Below are positions 46,036-56,293 of a stretch of DNA of 64,000 nucleotides, in pieces (positions within the stretch are counted from its first letter, which is position 1; every line of letters begins with the position of its first letter). This DNA comes from an uncultured Thermotogae bacterium (GTDB lineage: Bacteria > Bipolaricaulota > Bipolaricaulia > RBG-16-55-9 > DRXL01): the NCBI GenBank assembly GCA_964473325.1, contig CAYYOG010000003.1, positions 10,478-74,477 of the forward strand. Reading direction: 5' to 3'. Both the position numbers and the translations under genes were made by a program. The notes beneath the pieces are model-generated. The model was not told the origin of the DNA. It ran no database searches and worked only from the letters and a program-made list of their open reading frames with translations.

Positions 46036-47079
46036 TCAGCAAATTCTCGGCAGTTGCTCCCCGCTCAGCATGTCTAAGATTCTTGAAGCACCGATGCGAC
46101 TTCGCAGGGTTACCATCCCTGCGGGCTGCTCCAAGACACGCCCGATGAGCGCAGCATCGGGTGAAAAACTTCTGAGAATCTTCAGAGCGCGCTCAGCATC
46201 TCTCTCAGAGACAAACGCGACAAAACGTCCCTCGTTGGCGACATAGAGGGGATCAAGCCCCAGAATCTCGCACGCGCCTTGCACATCTTCTCGCACGGGG
46301 ACGGCGCTCTCGTCTATTGAAATATTGACGTTTGCAGTGTGCGCGATCTCGTTGAGCGCACTGGCCAAGCCCCCGCGTGTTAAGTCTCTCAAGCAATGAA
46401 TCTCGATCTGTTCTTCAATGAGCTTCAGCACTAGGGAAGCGAGCGGCGCGCAGTCGCTCTCGATCTCGCTCTCAAACGAGAGCCCTTCGCGCACAGCCAT
46501 GATCGCGATGCCGTGACGCCCCACGTCACCGTTGAGCAGAATACAATCTCCAGGGTGGACACTCTTGGGGAAGATCGTCAAGCTATGCTCAATCACGCCG
46601 ATCCCTGCAGTGTTAATGAAGATGCCATCGCCCTTGCCCTTGTCGACGACTTTGGTATCGCCGGTGACGATCTGAACGTGCGCTTTTTGGGCGGCTTCCT
46701 TCATCGACTGCACGATCTTCCAGAGGGTCTCCATCGGCAGCCCTTCTTCTAAGATGAACCCGGCACTCAAGAAGAGCGGGCGCGCGCCGCACATGGCTAA
46801 GTCATTCACGGTGCCGTAGACCGCGAGCTTGCCGATATCGCCGCCGGGGAAGAAGAGCGGGCGCACGACATAAGAATCTGTGGTGAACGCGAGCTTAGCT
46901 CCGTTGAGGGTGAATCGTGCGCCATCGTGGCGTTCATTGAGATATTCATTGGCGAACGCCGCGCCGAAGATCTTTTCGATCAAGTGGTGCATGAGCTTGC
47001 CGCCGCCCCCATGCGCGAGCAGGATCTGGGGGTACTCCGCGATAGGAATAGGGCAGCTCAGTGCGAAGTCGTCAGCCAT
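46036..47079 (-). CDS. hypE: [NiFe]-hydrogenase maturation protein HypE
   Basis: AIR-synthase-like HypE motifs ([12 protein letters not shown]…[20 protein letters not shown]…). Start placed at ATG 47079 (GGAGGGA SD). Confidence 0.9.
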   Translation of the reverse strand: MADDFALSCPIPIAEYPQILLAHGGGGKLMHHLIEKIFGAAFANEYLNERHDGARFTLNGAKLAFTTDSYVVRPLFFPGGDIGKLAVYGTVNDLAMCGARPLFLSAGFILEEGLPMETLWKIVQSMKEAAQKAHVQIVTGDTKVVDKGKGDGIFINTAGIGVIEHSLTIFPKSVHPGDCILLNGDVGRHGIAIMAVREGLSFESEIESDCAPLASLVLKLIEEQIEIHCLRDLTRGGLASALNEIAHTANVNISIDESAVPVREDVQGACEILGLDPLYVANEGRFVAFVSERDAERALKILRSFSPDAALIGRVLEQPAGMVTLRSRIGASRILDMLSGEQLPRIC

Positions 47080-48169
47080 CTTTGTGCTCCCTCCGATAGC
47101 GATAATACGCGGCACACGCGCCCTCAGACGAGACCATCGGTGCTCCTAAGGGATGCTCTGGCGTGCAACGCGTCCCAAATGCCGGACATTCATGGGGTTT
47201 TTTCACCCCTTGCAAGACCAGCCCCGCTATGCACTCCGACGATTCTGCGACGGAGCGATCTGTCAAGCCGAACTTTCTCTCGGCGTCGAACTCTCTATAT
47301 TTTTCTGTCAAGCCCAATCCGCTCTGCGGGATCTCTCCGATGCCGCGCCACTTTCTCGGGACAACACGAAAGACTTCACGAATAAGCTCTTGCGCTTTGG
47401 TATTACCATCGCGGCGCACCGAGCGCGTGTATTGGTTCTCAACTTGATAGCGCCCCTCTTCTAATTGCTTGACACACATATAGACGCCCTGGAGGATATC
47501 TAATGGCTCAAAGCCCGTCACGACGATCGGGACTTTATATTTTTTTGCTATAGGCTCGTACTCTGTGTAGCCCATCACGGTGCAGACATGTCCAGCGGCT
47601 AAAAAGCCCTGAACGCGATTGCTGGGCGAAGAGAGAATTGCTTCCATTGCTGGGGGGACTAAGACGTGCGCGACAAGCATCGAAAAATTTTTCACGTTTT
47701 GTACGTACGCGTGGTGTACCGCCATCGCATTAGCGGGAGCGGTGGTCTCAAACCCTACGGCGAAGAAGACGACTTCTTTGGTAGGGTTCTCTTTGGCGAG
47801 TTTCACAGCGTCCAAGGGCGAGTAGACAATGCGCACATCGCCGCCTTGGGCCTTGACTGAGAGCAAGTCTGTCTTGCTGCCGGGAACGCGCAGCATATCG
47901 CCAAACGAGCAGAAGATCACAGTGGGGCGAGCAGCGATCTCAATCGCTTTGTCTATGATCTCGACCGGGGTGACGCAGACGGGACAGCCAGGACCATGAA
48001 CGAGCGTGATCTCTCTGGGCAAAAGCTCATCTATCCCAAATTTGATAATGGCGTGCGTTTGGCCGCCGCAGACCTCCATGATCGTCCAGGGATGTTTCGT
48101 GATCTGGGCGATCAGGCGTGCGTAGTGTTGAGCAAGCTTCGCGTCGCGATACTCGTCGATGAATTTCAT
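47072..48169 (-). CDS. hypD: [NiFe]-hydrogenase maturation protein HypD
   Basis: MKFIDEYRD…[10 protein letters not shown]…HGPGCPVC…C-terminal CPVC/CxxH motifs, near-identical in pattern to E. coli HypD. Track start 48244 is a TTG; ATG 48169 matches the family N-terminus. Confidence 0.9.
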   Translation of the reverse strand: MKFIDEYRDAKLAQHYARLIAQITKHPWTIMEVCGGQTHAIIKFGIDELLPREITLVHGPGCPVCVTPVEIIDKAIEIAARPTVIFCSFGDMLRVPGSKTDLLSVKAQGGDVRIVYSPLDAVKLAKENPTKEVVFFAVGFETTAPANAMAVHHAYVQNVKNFSMLVAHVLVPPAMEAILSSPSNRVQGFLAAGHVCTVMGYTEYEPIAKKYKVPIVVTGFEPLDILQGVYMCVKQLEEGRYQVENQYTRSVRRDGNTKAQELIREVFRVVPRKWRGIGEIPQSGLGLTEKYREFDAERKFGLTDRSVAESSECIAGLVLQGVKKPHECPAFGTRCTPEHPLGAPMVSSEGACAAYYRYRREHKDG

Positions 48170-48276
48170 ACTATAAAATTGTAGAGAGAGACTCTCTCTC
48201 TGTCCAGAGACGTTATCGGTCAAGCCTTGAAGCAAGAGGGGCAAATGGATTAAGATATATGCGTAAGGGGTGAGCG

Positions 48277-49458
48277 ATGCGTCTAGTTATTAGTCTTGCA
48301 CTTGGGCTGTTGCTCGGTGTGAGTGCGACGGCGGCGCAGACGGGAGAGACTCCCGTAGTGCGGGCCGTCTTCTTCTGGATGAGGACGTGCCCTCACTGCC
48401 ATGAGGTCATCACGAATGTCTTGCCGCCCTTGCAGGAGAAATATGGCGCTCAGCTGGATATTCTGTTCATCGAAATTGAAACTAGACAAGACTTTGAGCG
48501 CCTCTACGCTATAGGACGAGAGTTCGGGATTCCTCGCGGGGATATCGGGGTACCGTTCCTGGTCATTGGCGACCAGGTACTCATTGGATCACTACAGATC
48601 CCTGCGGAGCTGCCCCACCTAATAGAAAAATATCTTGCAGCTGGTGGGGTGGACTTCCCGCGAGTCCCAGCTCTTGCGGATATCTTACCAGCTCCGAAGC
48701 CTCCTGAACCCCAGGAGAGTTCTCCCGAACCGCAACAGAACGAAGAGATGGCTACAGCTGAACTAGTAGAGCCATCGGCGCCGGAGCGAGAACCTCCAGC
48801 TCAGGAAGAGCAGCCTTCGCTCACCCCTCCCGATGTGCAAGTTCCGGAGCTTTCAGAGACGCTGTCTCCTAAAGAGGGGTTCTCCCGCGGGTTTGAGCTA
48901 GCTATCGCCGTCTTGATTGGCATGATACTTGCCGTGATATACGTTTTCATACAGATAATACGCGTCATGCAAGGAGCCCCTGTAAGGTCGTCCTCACGAT
49001 GGCGCGATGGTGCTTTGATAGTGTTATCTGTGCTGGGCATGGCCATAGCAGCGTACTTAGCCTATGTGGAGACTCAAGCCGTAGCGGCCTTCTGCGGCCC
49101 TGTGGGGGACTGCAATACCGTGCAGAGCAGCCCGTACGCGAAATTATTCGGTGTGCTCCCTGTGGGCGTCCTCGGTGTTATTGGGTATATTGCTATTCTT
49201 GTGGTCTGGTTTTGGGGACGGTGGGGTTCAGGGAAGTTCTCGGCCTATGCGCCGCTGTTCGTCTTAGCCATGACGCTCTTTGGTGTGCTCTTCTCGATCT
49301 ATCTCACGTATTTGGAGCCGTTTGTTATCGGGGCTGTCTGTATCTGGTGCGTGAGTTCAGCGATCATCATGACTTTGCTAATGCTCCTCAGTCTTCGTCC
49401 GGCATTGCGCGTCATCCGAGAGCACAGCGATGCTGCTCAAGGAATTTCTCGCAATTGA
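48277..49458 (+). CDS. Thioredoxin-like domain fused N-terminal to a vitamin K epoxide reductase (VKOR) domain
   Basis: Signal peptide; Trx-like CPHC motif (aa 38-41); Pro/Glu-rich linker; 4-5 TM helices carrying VKOR CGPVGDC and C-terminal CIWC motifs. Confidence 0.7.
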   Translation: MRLVISLALGLLLGVSATAAQTGETPVVRAVFFWMRTCPHCHEVITNVLPPLQEKYGAQLDILFIEIETRQDFERLYAIGREFGIPRGDIGVPFLVIGDQVLIGSLQIPAELPHLIEKYLAAGGVDFPRVPALADILPAPKPPEPQESSPEPQQNEEMATAELVEPSAPEREPPAQEEQPSLTPPDVQVPELSETLSPKEGFSRGFELAIAVLIGMILAVIYVFIQIIRVMQGAPVRSSSRWRDGALIVLSVLGMAIAAYLAYVETQAVAAFCGPVGDCNTVQSSPYAKLFGVLPVGVLGVIGYIAILVVWFWGRWGSGKFSAYAPLFVLAMTLFGVLFSIYLTYLEPFVIGAVCIWCVSSAIIMTLLMLLSLRPALRVIREHSDAAQGISRN

Positions 49459-49477
49459 AAGGAGGGAGTGAGGGAAT

Positions 49478-49675
49478 ATGTGCTGTCAAGAACGCAGAGA
49501 GCGTCACAGACATGGGCGTGGGTGCGGCTGTGGTGATCACGGTACTAGGGGCTTTCGGCGACGCTTTTTTACGAAATCAGAACGAATCGCAGAGCTCAAA
49601 GAATATCTAGAAGCTCTCAAGGCTGAGGCCAAGGGCGTTGAGGAGCAGATCGCCGAACTAGAAAGAGAGCAATAG
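49478..49675 (+). CDS. DUF5320-family small Cys/Gly/Arg-rich protein with C-terminal coiled coil
   Basis: MCCQERRERHRHGRGCGCGDHGTRGFRRRFF…IAELKEYLEALKAEAKGVEEQIAELEREQ. Strong GGAGGGAG SD. Confidence 0.6.
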   Translation: MCCQERRERHRHGRGCGCGDHGTRGFRRRFFTKSERIAELKEYLEALKAEAKGVEEQIAELEREQ

Positions 49676-49751
49676 ATGGGCAGCGTTGTCCATCGCGATA
49701 ATATAATATCTTACCCTGGCATGGGATAAAATAGCGAAAGAGGAGAACACC

Positions 49752-51221
49752 ATGCACGGGGCATTTCGTATTACTCTGTTTGGGCTCTTAGGCATCTTAG
49801 TGGCAGCGTGGACTGCCTCTACACCACTCACCCCTGCTTCGGCTTTGGTGCGCGATCATGCCCGAATTGCTACCTTCGATTGGATTGATGCCAACGAGGA
49901 ACATCTCATTGATTCGCAAGGGCGCCTCGTCATTCTTCGTGGTTTCGTCACAACTCCTCATGGCCGTGGTGTGAGATACGATTATACAATAGACGATTAT
50001 CGTCGGATGCGCGCCATGGGTGCTAACTATCAGTGCATTCGTCTCACAATGGGCGCGCTCGGAGCATGGATAGGACGGCAACCTAACCCAGGGTATATGG
50101 CGCAGATCGATTCAATGGTCGCGTTTGCCAAGCAAGTGGGAATGTATTCTTCATTCAAGCTGACTACATACGATCTGCCGGATTTTGAGGAGACAGGCTG
50201 GAGTGCGCTGTGGGAGAACAAAAGAGGCGAACAAGAAGCAATCATCAACGGATGGAAAGTGCTGTGGGAGCGGTACAAGGATGAGCCTGCTGTCGTCGGG
50301 TACGATCTGCTGAACGAACCACATGCGGGAATACTCCCCCTGAGCGATGAAGAGCTAGCTACGCGCTTTCTGATCCCGTTCTATCAAAAAATGATCGACG
50401 CCATGCAGAAAATAGATGGCCGACACCTGGCGTTCTTTCAGCCGATTGCGCCACCGCCACGGACAGGCTCACTCTCGTTCGAGGGAGCGCGCATTCATCG
50501 CGCCCGCATCGTCTATGCACCGCACTTTTACCCTCCTGTTCGGATGACTCCAGCCAGTGCCAACAGCTCGCTGGAGGAGTATGAGACGATGATCCAGGGT
50601 TTTCTCGCTGAAGCGCGTTTCCAACGCGCTCCGCTGTTGATTGGCGAGTACGGGATGCCCTGGCCAACATCACGTGACGGGGATGCATTCTGGGAAGCCC
50701 TAGCCCAGCGGTTTGAACAAGCCGCAAATGATGTTCTTGATCGGTATGGCTTGTCTGCTAGTCGCCCTCATTATGCCGATGACCGAGCTGGTGGCATCAC
50801 CGTTGACGGCAGCTTTCTGACGTGGGCTCTCATTCGCGGGACAAGCGGCCTAAGTGGTCCAGAGCGCGCCTTTCTCACCGACGTGATCGCGCGACCATAC
50901 CCGGCGCGCCTGGCAGGAAATCTGGAGACGTTTGGGTTCAATCGAGTGTATCATCAGTTCACATTGAAATACGTTCCTATCGCCAGACAAGGGGCTACGG
51001 AAGTGATTATTCCGCGGGCCCGCGTCTTTCCGAATGGATTCACAATCACTCACAGTGCGGGCATTACTCTTGCTCTCGATACGACGCAACCGTCAGGCTT
51101 GCGTGTCGTGAGCAACACCGGGCGTATCAACGCCAACGCATTCTCTTGGAACGAATCCTCTCAAACACTGACTGTGCAAGAATGGTTAACCGGGGCGAGC
51201 GTCACGCTACAGATTCGTTGA
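49752..51221 (+). CDS. Secreted glycoside hydrolase family 5 (cellulase-type)
   Basis: Signal peptide; GH5 catalytic motifs LLNEPH (acid/base in NEP) and LIGEYGMPW (nucleophile Glu). Confidence 0.75.
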   Translation: MHGAFRITLFGLLGILVAAWTASTPLTPASALVRDHARIATFDWIDANEEHLIDSQGRLVILRGFVTTPHGRGVRYDYTIDDYRRMRAMGANYQCIRLTMGALGAWIGRQPNPGYMAQIDSMVAFAKQVGMYSSFKLTTYDLPDFEETGWSALWENKRGEQEAIINGWKVLWERYKDEPAVVGYDLLNEPHAGILPLSDEELATRFLIPFYQKMIDAMQKIDGRHLAFFQPIAPPPRTGSLSFEGARIHRARIVYAPHFYPPVRMTPASANSSLEEYETMIQGFLAEARFQRAPLLIGEYGMPWPTSRDGDAFWEALAQRFEQAANDVLDRYGLSASRPHYADDRAGGITVDGSFLTWALIRGTSGLSGPERAFLTDVIARPYPARLAGNLETFGFNRVYHQFTLKYVPIARQGATEVIIPRARVFPNGFTITHSAGITLALDTTQPSGLRVVSNTGRINANAFSWNESSQTLTVQEWLTGASVTLQIR

Positions 51222-51304
51222 TCTGCGGGAGCCTTATCAGTCAGATTAGTGAGCCCACTAGTGACGAGGAGCAGTTGATACCCCCTTGACTCTGCCCTAA
51301 GGGT

Positions 51305-52144
51305 ATGGCTTATACTGCTGGCATGACCATGAGTCGGCATGGCTTGCTCTCGATTGGTGAATTCGCTCAGGCCTCGCTCCTCTCTTTGAAAGCTCTTAGG
51401 CTGTATGATCAGCTTCAGCTTCTAGCTCCAGCTTATGTCGACCCGGCGTCGAACTACCGTTACTATCGCGCGGATCAACTACCTACGGCGCGGCTCATCC
51501 GTTTGATGCGTCAGATGGAGATGCCCCTGGCTGTCATTCGCCGGGTGCTCTCGAGCGACCCAACGGAGGCTGCAAGACTCGTTCATAGCCACGTCGAGGT
51601 GTTCCAAGCCAAGGCAAAGCAGGTGTGCCAGACCGCAGATACTCTACTGCTCTATCTCAAAAAGGAGGCCATAATGGCATTTGCAGTGGAAATCCAGAAG
51701 ACCCCCAAACAGCTCGTGCTCAGCATCACCAAGCGTGTATACCTACACGAACTCAGCAGTTTCATCAGCAGGAGTGTAAAGATGCTGGAGGCGCATGCGG
51801 CAAAGCATGGGTGCGCCATAAGTGGGCCGCCCTTTGGAATCTATCACGGAGCGGTCAACCAGAGTGAGAACGGCCCTGTAGAAGTCTGTCTGCCGATCAC
51901 TGGCTCATCTCTTCTAGGAACGGCAGGGATCGCCGTGAAGGAGTTGTCTAGTGCCAAGCTCGCGTGTGTGACTGTTCGCGGACAGGAGTGCGCGTTTCCA
52001 GCTATCTTGAAGGCGTATGATGCCGCATGCGACTGGATTGTGCGCAACGGCTATGAGCCTGATGGCCCACCCTGGGAGATATGGGTTGGCCCTGACGAAC
52101 AGGGCCCGATGGTAATTGCCTGGCCATTTCGCGAAAAGAAGTAA
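51305..52144 (+). CDS. MerR-family transcriptional regulator with a C-terminal GyrI-like effector-binding domain
   Basis: N-terminal MerR HTH (LLSIGEFAQASLLSLKALRLYDQLQLL) plus GyrI-like C-terminus. Confidence 0.7.
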   Translation: MAYTAGMTMSRHGLLSIGEFAQASLLSLKALRLYDQLQLLAPAYVDPASNYRYYRADQLPTARLIRLMRQMEMPLAVIRRVLSSDPTEAARLVHSHVEVFQAKAKQVCQTADTLLLYLKKEAIMAFAVEIQKTPKQLVLSITKRVYLHELSSFISRSVKMLEAHAAKHGCAISGPPFGIYHGAVNQSENGPVEVCLPITGSSLLGTAGIAVKELSSAKLACVTVRGQECAFPAILKAYDAACDWIVRNGYEPDGPPWEIWVGPDEQGPMVIAWPFREKK

Positions 52145-52229
52145 GGCATAATGTCACCGGGGGATCGAGGAGCTCAGGGCATCTATTGGGGCACGTAAAC
52201 TCGCACCCATCTGTGCTGCTATATGTTCC

Positions 52230-52490
52230 TCATCGATCGTTTGGTATCCTAAGTTGCTCCAGCTCGCCTATCTCTCTAAGATACTCGAAGGTCTTCTGGG
52301 CTTCGGCTTCGTCAAGCTTACTGATAGCAAAGCCGACGTGCACAATCACGTAGTCACCGACTTGGGCTTCGGGTACGTACGCCAGATTGACTTCCTTGAT
52401 GATGCCCCCGAAGCTCACCTTGCCTGTGCGCAGGATTGGGTCATCGTTCTCGCTGATGCTAATGATCTTGCCAGGAACAGCAAGACACAT
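52230..52490 (-). CDS. hypC: [NiFe]-hydrogenase maturation protein HypC
   Basis: Starts MCLAVPGKII (the HypC MCL[AG]IP signature). AAGGGGG SD before ATG 52490. Confidence 0.85.
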   Translation of the reverse strand: MCLAVPGKIISISENDDPILRTGKVSFGGIIKEVNLAYVPEAQVGDYVIVHVGFAISKLDEAEAQKTFEYLREIGELEQLRIPNDR

Positions 52491-52495
52491 TGTTC

Positions 52496-54823
52496 TCACC
52501 CCTTACAGTGTGACGCGGCCACGATCTGTCCCAGTGCGATCCCGCCGTCGTTAGGCGGAACCCGTTGATGCCAGTAGACGCGAAAGCCCTCTGCGCGCAG
52601 CCGCGCGGCCGCTCGCTCAGTCAGATATTTATTCTGAAAGCATCCCCCGGTCAGCACAACTCGTCCTTCTCCGACACGCCGCGCCACAGCGATGATCATC
52701 TCTACCAAAGTATTGTGAAACTTCGCGGCTATCTTACCAACTGAAACGCCGTCGCGCACATCTCTGATAATGCTGAGGAGCATCGGTTCCCAGTCGAGCA
52801 CCTCGTGAGAGAGAGCGAACTCATAACTCTCGTCTGTCTCCATCCCGTGTAGGGCAAACTCGAGCTCCATCGCGGCTTGGCCCTCAAAGCGACTGATTTG
52901 TCGAAGCCCGACTAAAGAAGCAGCAGCGTCGAAGAACCGCCCAGCGCTCGATGTTGTGGGGCTATTTAGATTCTTTTGCAGCATTGTGAGCAAGGGCTTC
53001 AGCTCGTGCTCTGGGAAGCTCTGAACTGGGGCGAGATCGGCGCACTCGCGGGCCAGCGCGTCGCCGAAAAGCTCGTAGAGCACGCCGAGCGCTGCGCGTC
53101 GTGGCTCCTTGATCGCGTGCTCGCCCCCGGGGAGACGAAATGTCCGTAGATGGGCAACTCGTCTGAACGACTCTCGCGTAGCTAAGAGAAATTCTCCACC
53201 CCAGATTGTGCCGTCGAGCCCGTAGCCCGTCCCGTCCCACGAGACCCCCAAGACCGAGCCGTCCAGCTCGTTCTCCGCCATGCACGCCAACACATGGGCA
53301 TAATGATGCTGGACTCCAACTTTGGGAAGATCGCGTTGCTGCGCGTACTTTGTCGAAAGATACTCCGGGTGCAGATCATGGGCGATCACCGACGGACGGG
53401 CTTCGTAGAGGAGTTCAAAATCGCGAATGACTCTCCCAAACGCGCTGAACGCTTCGGCGGTCTCTAAGTCTCCGATGTGCTGGCTGATGAAGACGTTGGA
53501 GCTGACCGAGAGCGCCATGGTGTTCTTGAGATGTGCGCCGACGGCGAGGACGGTTCTGGGTTCAGAGCTCGTAGTTTCCAGTGTGATAGGCAGCGGCGCG
53601 TACCCGCGGGCGCGGCGCAACACCAGCTCCCGTCCCGCGACTATACGTACGATTGAGTCGTCGACATGGCGCGCGATAGGGCGATTGTGCACCAGAAAGA
53701 GATCAGCGATTTTATTAAGCTTTTGTAGTGCCTCGCGCTCGTCGGTGCAGATGGGCTCGTCGGAGAGATTGCCGCTGGTAGCAACGATGGGGAAGCCGAG
53801 CTCAGCCATCAACAAGTGATGGAGCGGCGTGTAGGGCAACATGATACCGAGATAGGGATTGCGCGGGGCAACGGAGGGACCAGGCTCCGCCTGGTCCATA
53901 CATCTTCGCCAGCCAGAGGCTGGCGAAGGCGTACGGTCCAGACGAAGTCTGGGCAGCAGCACAATCGGCGCCTCTGGGGACGTTAACAAGCGTTCTTCTA
54001 GTTCGGAGACTTCGCAATGGGCTGTGATAAGTTCTAGCGACGGATACATGAGCGCAAACGGCTTCTCTTCGCGGTGCTTGCGCTTGCGTAACTCTTGCAC
54101 GGCGTCGTCGTTGCGGGCATCGCAGATCAAGTGAAACCCGCCCAAGCCCTTGACGGCAACGATCTGTCCATTGCGAATCGCTTCGGCAGCTTTATACAAT
54201 GCGTCGTCATGTTGGGCGAGCACCCTGCCCTGGCGATCCCATAGTTCCAAGTGTGGCCCGCACACAGGGCACGCATTGGGCTGCGCATGAAAGCGCCGAT
54301 TCGAAGGGTCTTCGTATTCGGCTTGGCAGTCGGGGCACATTCTGAAGATCTTCATGGTCGTGTTCGGGCGATCATAGGGCAGGGCTTCAATAATAGAGAA
54401 GCGCGGGCCGCAGTTTGTACAGTTTGTAAACGGATAGCGATAGCGTCGGTCGTTGGGGTCAAAGATCTCGCGCAGGCAGTCGGGGCAGGTCGCAATATCT
54501 GGGAGAATAAACGCTGTCTTCTGGCCTGACTCATCGCTATGGCGAATTTCAAATGCTGTGTAGCCGACAGGGTCGAGCCACACGGACTCCAAGCTCTGAA
54601 TAAACGCGCGCGGGGGCTTGTCGCGCTCGAGTCTGCGCAAGAATTCTTCGAGTTGCTCTTTGGGCCCTTCAGTTTCGATGAAGACGCCCTGAGCAGAATT
54701 GAGCACCCAGCCCGTCAGTTTTAGCTCTGTGGCAAGACGATAGACGAACGGGCGGAAGCCCACCCCCTGCACTGCCCCGTGGATCGTGACCTTAAGGCGT
54801 ACCGCGTGCTCTCTCATGGCCAC
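52496..54823 (-). CDS. hypF: Carbamoyltransferase HypF (contains a ~25-aa in-frame insert encoded by the palindromic element at 53880-53952)
   Basis: Acylphosphatase domain (VQGVGFRPFV), two CxxC…CxxC zinc fingers, YrdC-like and Kae1-like domains (…GGCFQN…). The insert LRLDRTPSPASGWRRCMDQAEPG falls between the YrdC-like and Kae1-like domains. Confidence 0.9.
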   Translation of the reverse strand: MAMREHAVRLKVTIHGAVQGVGFRPFVYRLATELKLTGWVLNSAQGVFIETEGPKEQLEEFLRRLERDKPPRAFIQSLESVWLDPVGYTAFEIRHSDESGQKTAFILPDIATCPDCLREIFDPNDRRYRYPFTNCTNCGPRFSIIEALPYDRPNTTMKIFRMCPDCQAEYEDPSNRRFHAQPNACPVCGPHLELWDRQGRVLAQHDDALYKAAEAIRNGQIVAVKGLGGFHLICDARNDDAVQELRKRKHREEKPFALMYPSLELITAHCEVSELEERLLTSPEAPIVLLPRLRLDRTPSPASGWRRCMDQAEPGPSVAPRNPYLGIMLPYTPLHHLLMAELGFPIVATSGNLSDEPICTDEREALQKLNKIADLFLVHNRPIARHVDDSIVRIVAGRELVLRRARGYAPLPITLETTSSEPRTVLAVGAHLKNTMALSVSSNVFISQHIGDLETAEAFSAFGRVIRDFELLYEARPSVIAHDLHPEYLSTKYAQQRDLPKVGVQHHYAHVLACMAENELDGSVLGVSWDGTGYGLDGTIWGGEFLLATRESFRRVAHLRTFRLPGGEHAIKEPRRAALGVLYELFGDALARECADLAPVQSFPEHELKPLLTMLQKNLNSPTTSSAGRFFDAAASLVGLRQISRFEGQAAMELEFALHGMETDESYEFALSHEVLDWEPMLLSIIRDVRDGVSVGKIAAKFHNTLVEMIIAVARRVGEGRVVLTGGCFQNKYLTERAAARLRAEGFRVYWHQRVPPNDGGIALGQIVAASHCKG
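53880..53952. repeat. Second copy of the palindromic element, in-frame within hypF
   Basis: ccaggctccgcctggtccatacatcttcgccagccagaggctggcgaaggcgtacggtccagacgaagtctgg; matches rnpB 42561-42646 apart from internal indels. Confidence 0.7.
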
Positions 54824-55003
54824 CCTAGTATATGCTCTGCGTATATGCTCTGCACGTGTGGACTAGTACCCCTTCATGCCAGACTTTTCTACATATCGAT
54901 TCATAAAGTTAGTTTCCCTTGGGAGAATTTTGATTTTCGTTGGCTCTTGAGCTGATTTTAATCATAGTCGGGGCTTGGGAGATTCGCCTAAAATACAACA
55001 GCT

Positions 55004-55750
55004 ATGAAAATTGCGATCTCCGGCAAGGGCGGTGTGGGCAAGACGACCCTCTGTGCCCTTATAGCTCGAGAAGCTGTCTCGCGAGGGAAGCGTGTTTTCG
55101 CTGTAGACGCCGACCCAAACCCAACATTAGCTCTAGTCCTCGGCTTCCCTGAGGACATCACTCCCTTGGTAGAGCTGCGAGAGCTCATGGAAGAGCGCAT
55201 GGGATCGCTCGAGGGCTTTTTGCGGCTCAACCCCAAAGTCGACGACATCCCGGAGCGCTTCGCTATTGAGAAAGATGGGATCAAGCTTGTAGTCATGGGA
55301 CCAATTCGTCAAGGCGGGGGCGGCTGTGCCTGCCCGCAAAATACGTTTCTCAAGAGTCTTTTGCAGCATCTTGTGCTCGAACGCGATGAGCTCATTCTCT
55401 TAGACTTTGAAGCGGGGCTAGAGCCCCTGGGGCGCGCTACAGCGCAGGGAGTCGACGCGTTGCTCATTGTCGTTGAGCCTGACGGTGCAAGCGTCGTCAC
55501 GGCGCGGCGCATTCATAGTCTTGCTCAACAGATTGGGGTCAGAAGAATCTTTGCTGTAGCGAATAAGATCCGCGAGCCTGGGGAACTGCGCGCTATCCAA
55601 GAGAACGTAGGGATAGCAGTGATCGGTGCTCTGCCCTATAGCGAGAGCCTGCGCATCGCTGGCCCCACTTCTGTGAGCGATGCTGCAATCCGTCGTCAAG
55701 TTCAGGCAATCTTAGAAAGCGTTCAGCTGCCTTCTTCCGTGGGAAGCTGA
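55004..55750 (+). CDS. cooC: CooC/AcsF-type P-loop ATPase (nickel-insertion accessory protein for CODH/ACS)
   Basis: ISGKGGVGKTT Walker A; GGGCACP CxC metal-binding motif typical of CooC. Confidence 0.8.
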   Translation: MKIAISGKGGVGKTTLCALIAREAVSRGKRVFAVDADPNPTLALVLGFPEDITPLVELRELMEERMGSLEGFLRLNPKVDDIPERFAIEKDGIKLVVMGPIRQGGGGCACPQNTFLKSLLQHLVLERDELILLDFEAGLEPLGRATAQGVDALLIVVEPDGASVVTARRIHSLAQQIGVRRIFAVANKIREPGELRAIQENVGIAVIGALPYSESLRIAGPTSVSDAAIRRQVQAILESVQLPSSVGS

Positions 55751-55771
55751 AGAGACAAAAAGGAGGCGCCA

Positions 55772-56293
55772 ATGGAGCGGCTCTTCTGTGATCCGCGCCG
55801 CTGTGTCGGCTGTCGGGCGTGCGAGATCGCGTGTGCGGTCGAGCACACGCCCTCAAAGGACCTGTTCGTCTCGGTGCTCCATGGGGAGCTAGGGCCTCCG
55901 CGACGCCGTGTCCAGGCCGTCGGTGCGGAGCCTTATCGTGTGGCGATTGGGGGTGTAGCGCTTTCGCTGGGGTGTCATCATTGCGATCCGGCCCCTTGTG
56001 TTGACGCGTGCATTACTGGGGCGATGCGTAAAGAGAATGACCAGACCGTCTGCGATCTTGAGAAGTGCGTCGGCTGCTGGATGTGCGTGATGAGCTGCCC
56101 CTACGGCGCAATCACGCCGAGAGTGAAAGCCCTCAAGTGCGATCTCTGCCCCGATCGCCAAGAGAGGGCGGGGCGCGCTCGCTATGCGTGCGTCGAATCG
56201 TGCCCCACCGATGCGCTCTTCGCCGGGACGTTTGAAGAATTCGAAAAAGTGCTCGCACAGCCCATAGAACGGCCTTGGGAGGTGGTGCGATGA
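55772..56293 (+). CDS. 4Fe-4S poly-ferredoxin (CooF/HycB-like)
   Basis: Four CxxCxxC…CP-type cluster motifs (CVGCRACEIAC, CHHCDPAPCVDAC, CVGCWMCVMSCP, CDLCPDR…CVESCP). Confidence 0.8.
   Translation: MERLFCDPRRCVGCRACEIACAVEHTPSKDLFVSVLHGELGPPRRRVQAVGAEPYRVAIGGVALSLGCHHCDPAPCVDACITGAMRKENDQTVCDLEKCVGCWMCVMSCPYGAITPRVKALKCDLCPDRQERAGRARYACVESCPTDALFAGTFEEFEKVLAQPIERPWEVVR

Noticed and set aside
48187-48208. agagagagactctctctct inverted repeat between hypD and the VKOR gene
   Set aside because: Simple dinucleotide-tract palindrome in a divergent promoter region; could be a weak hairpin but nothing ties it to a function.
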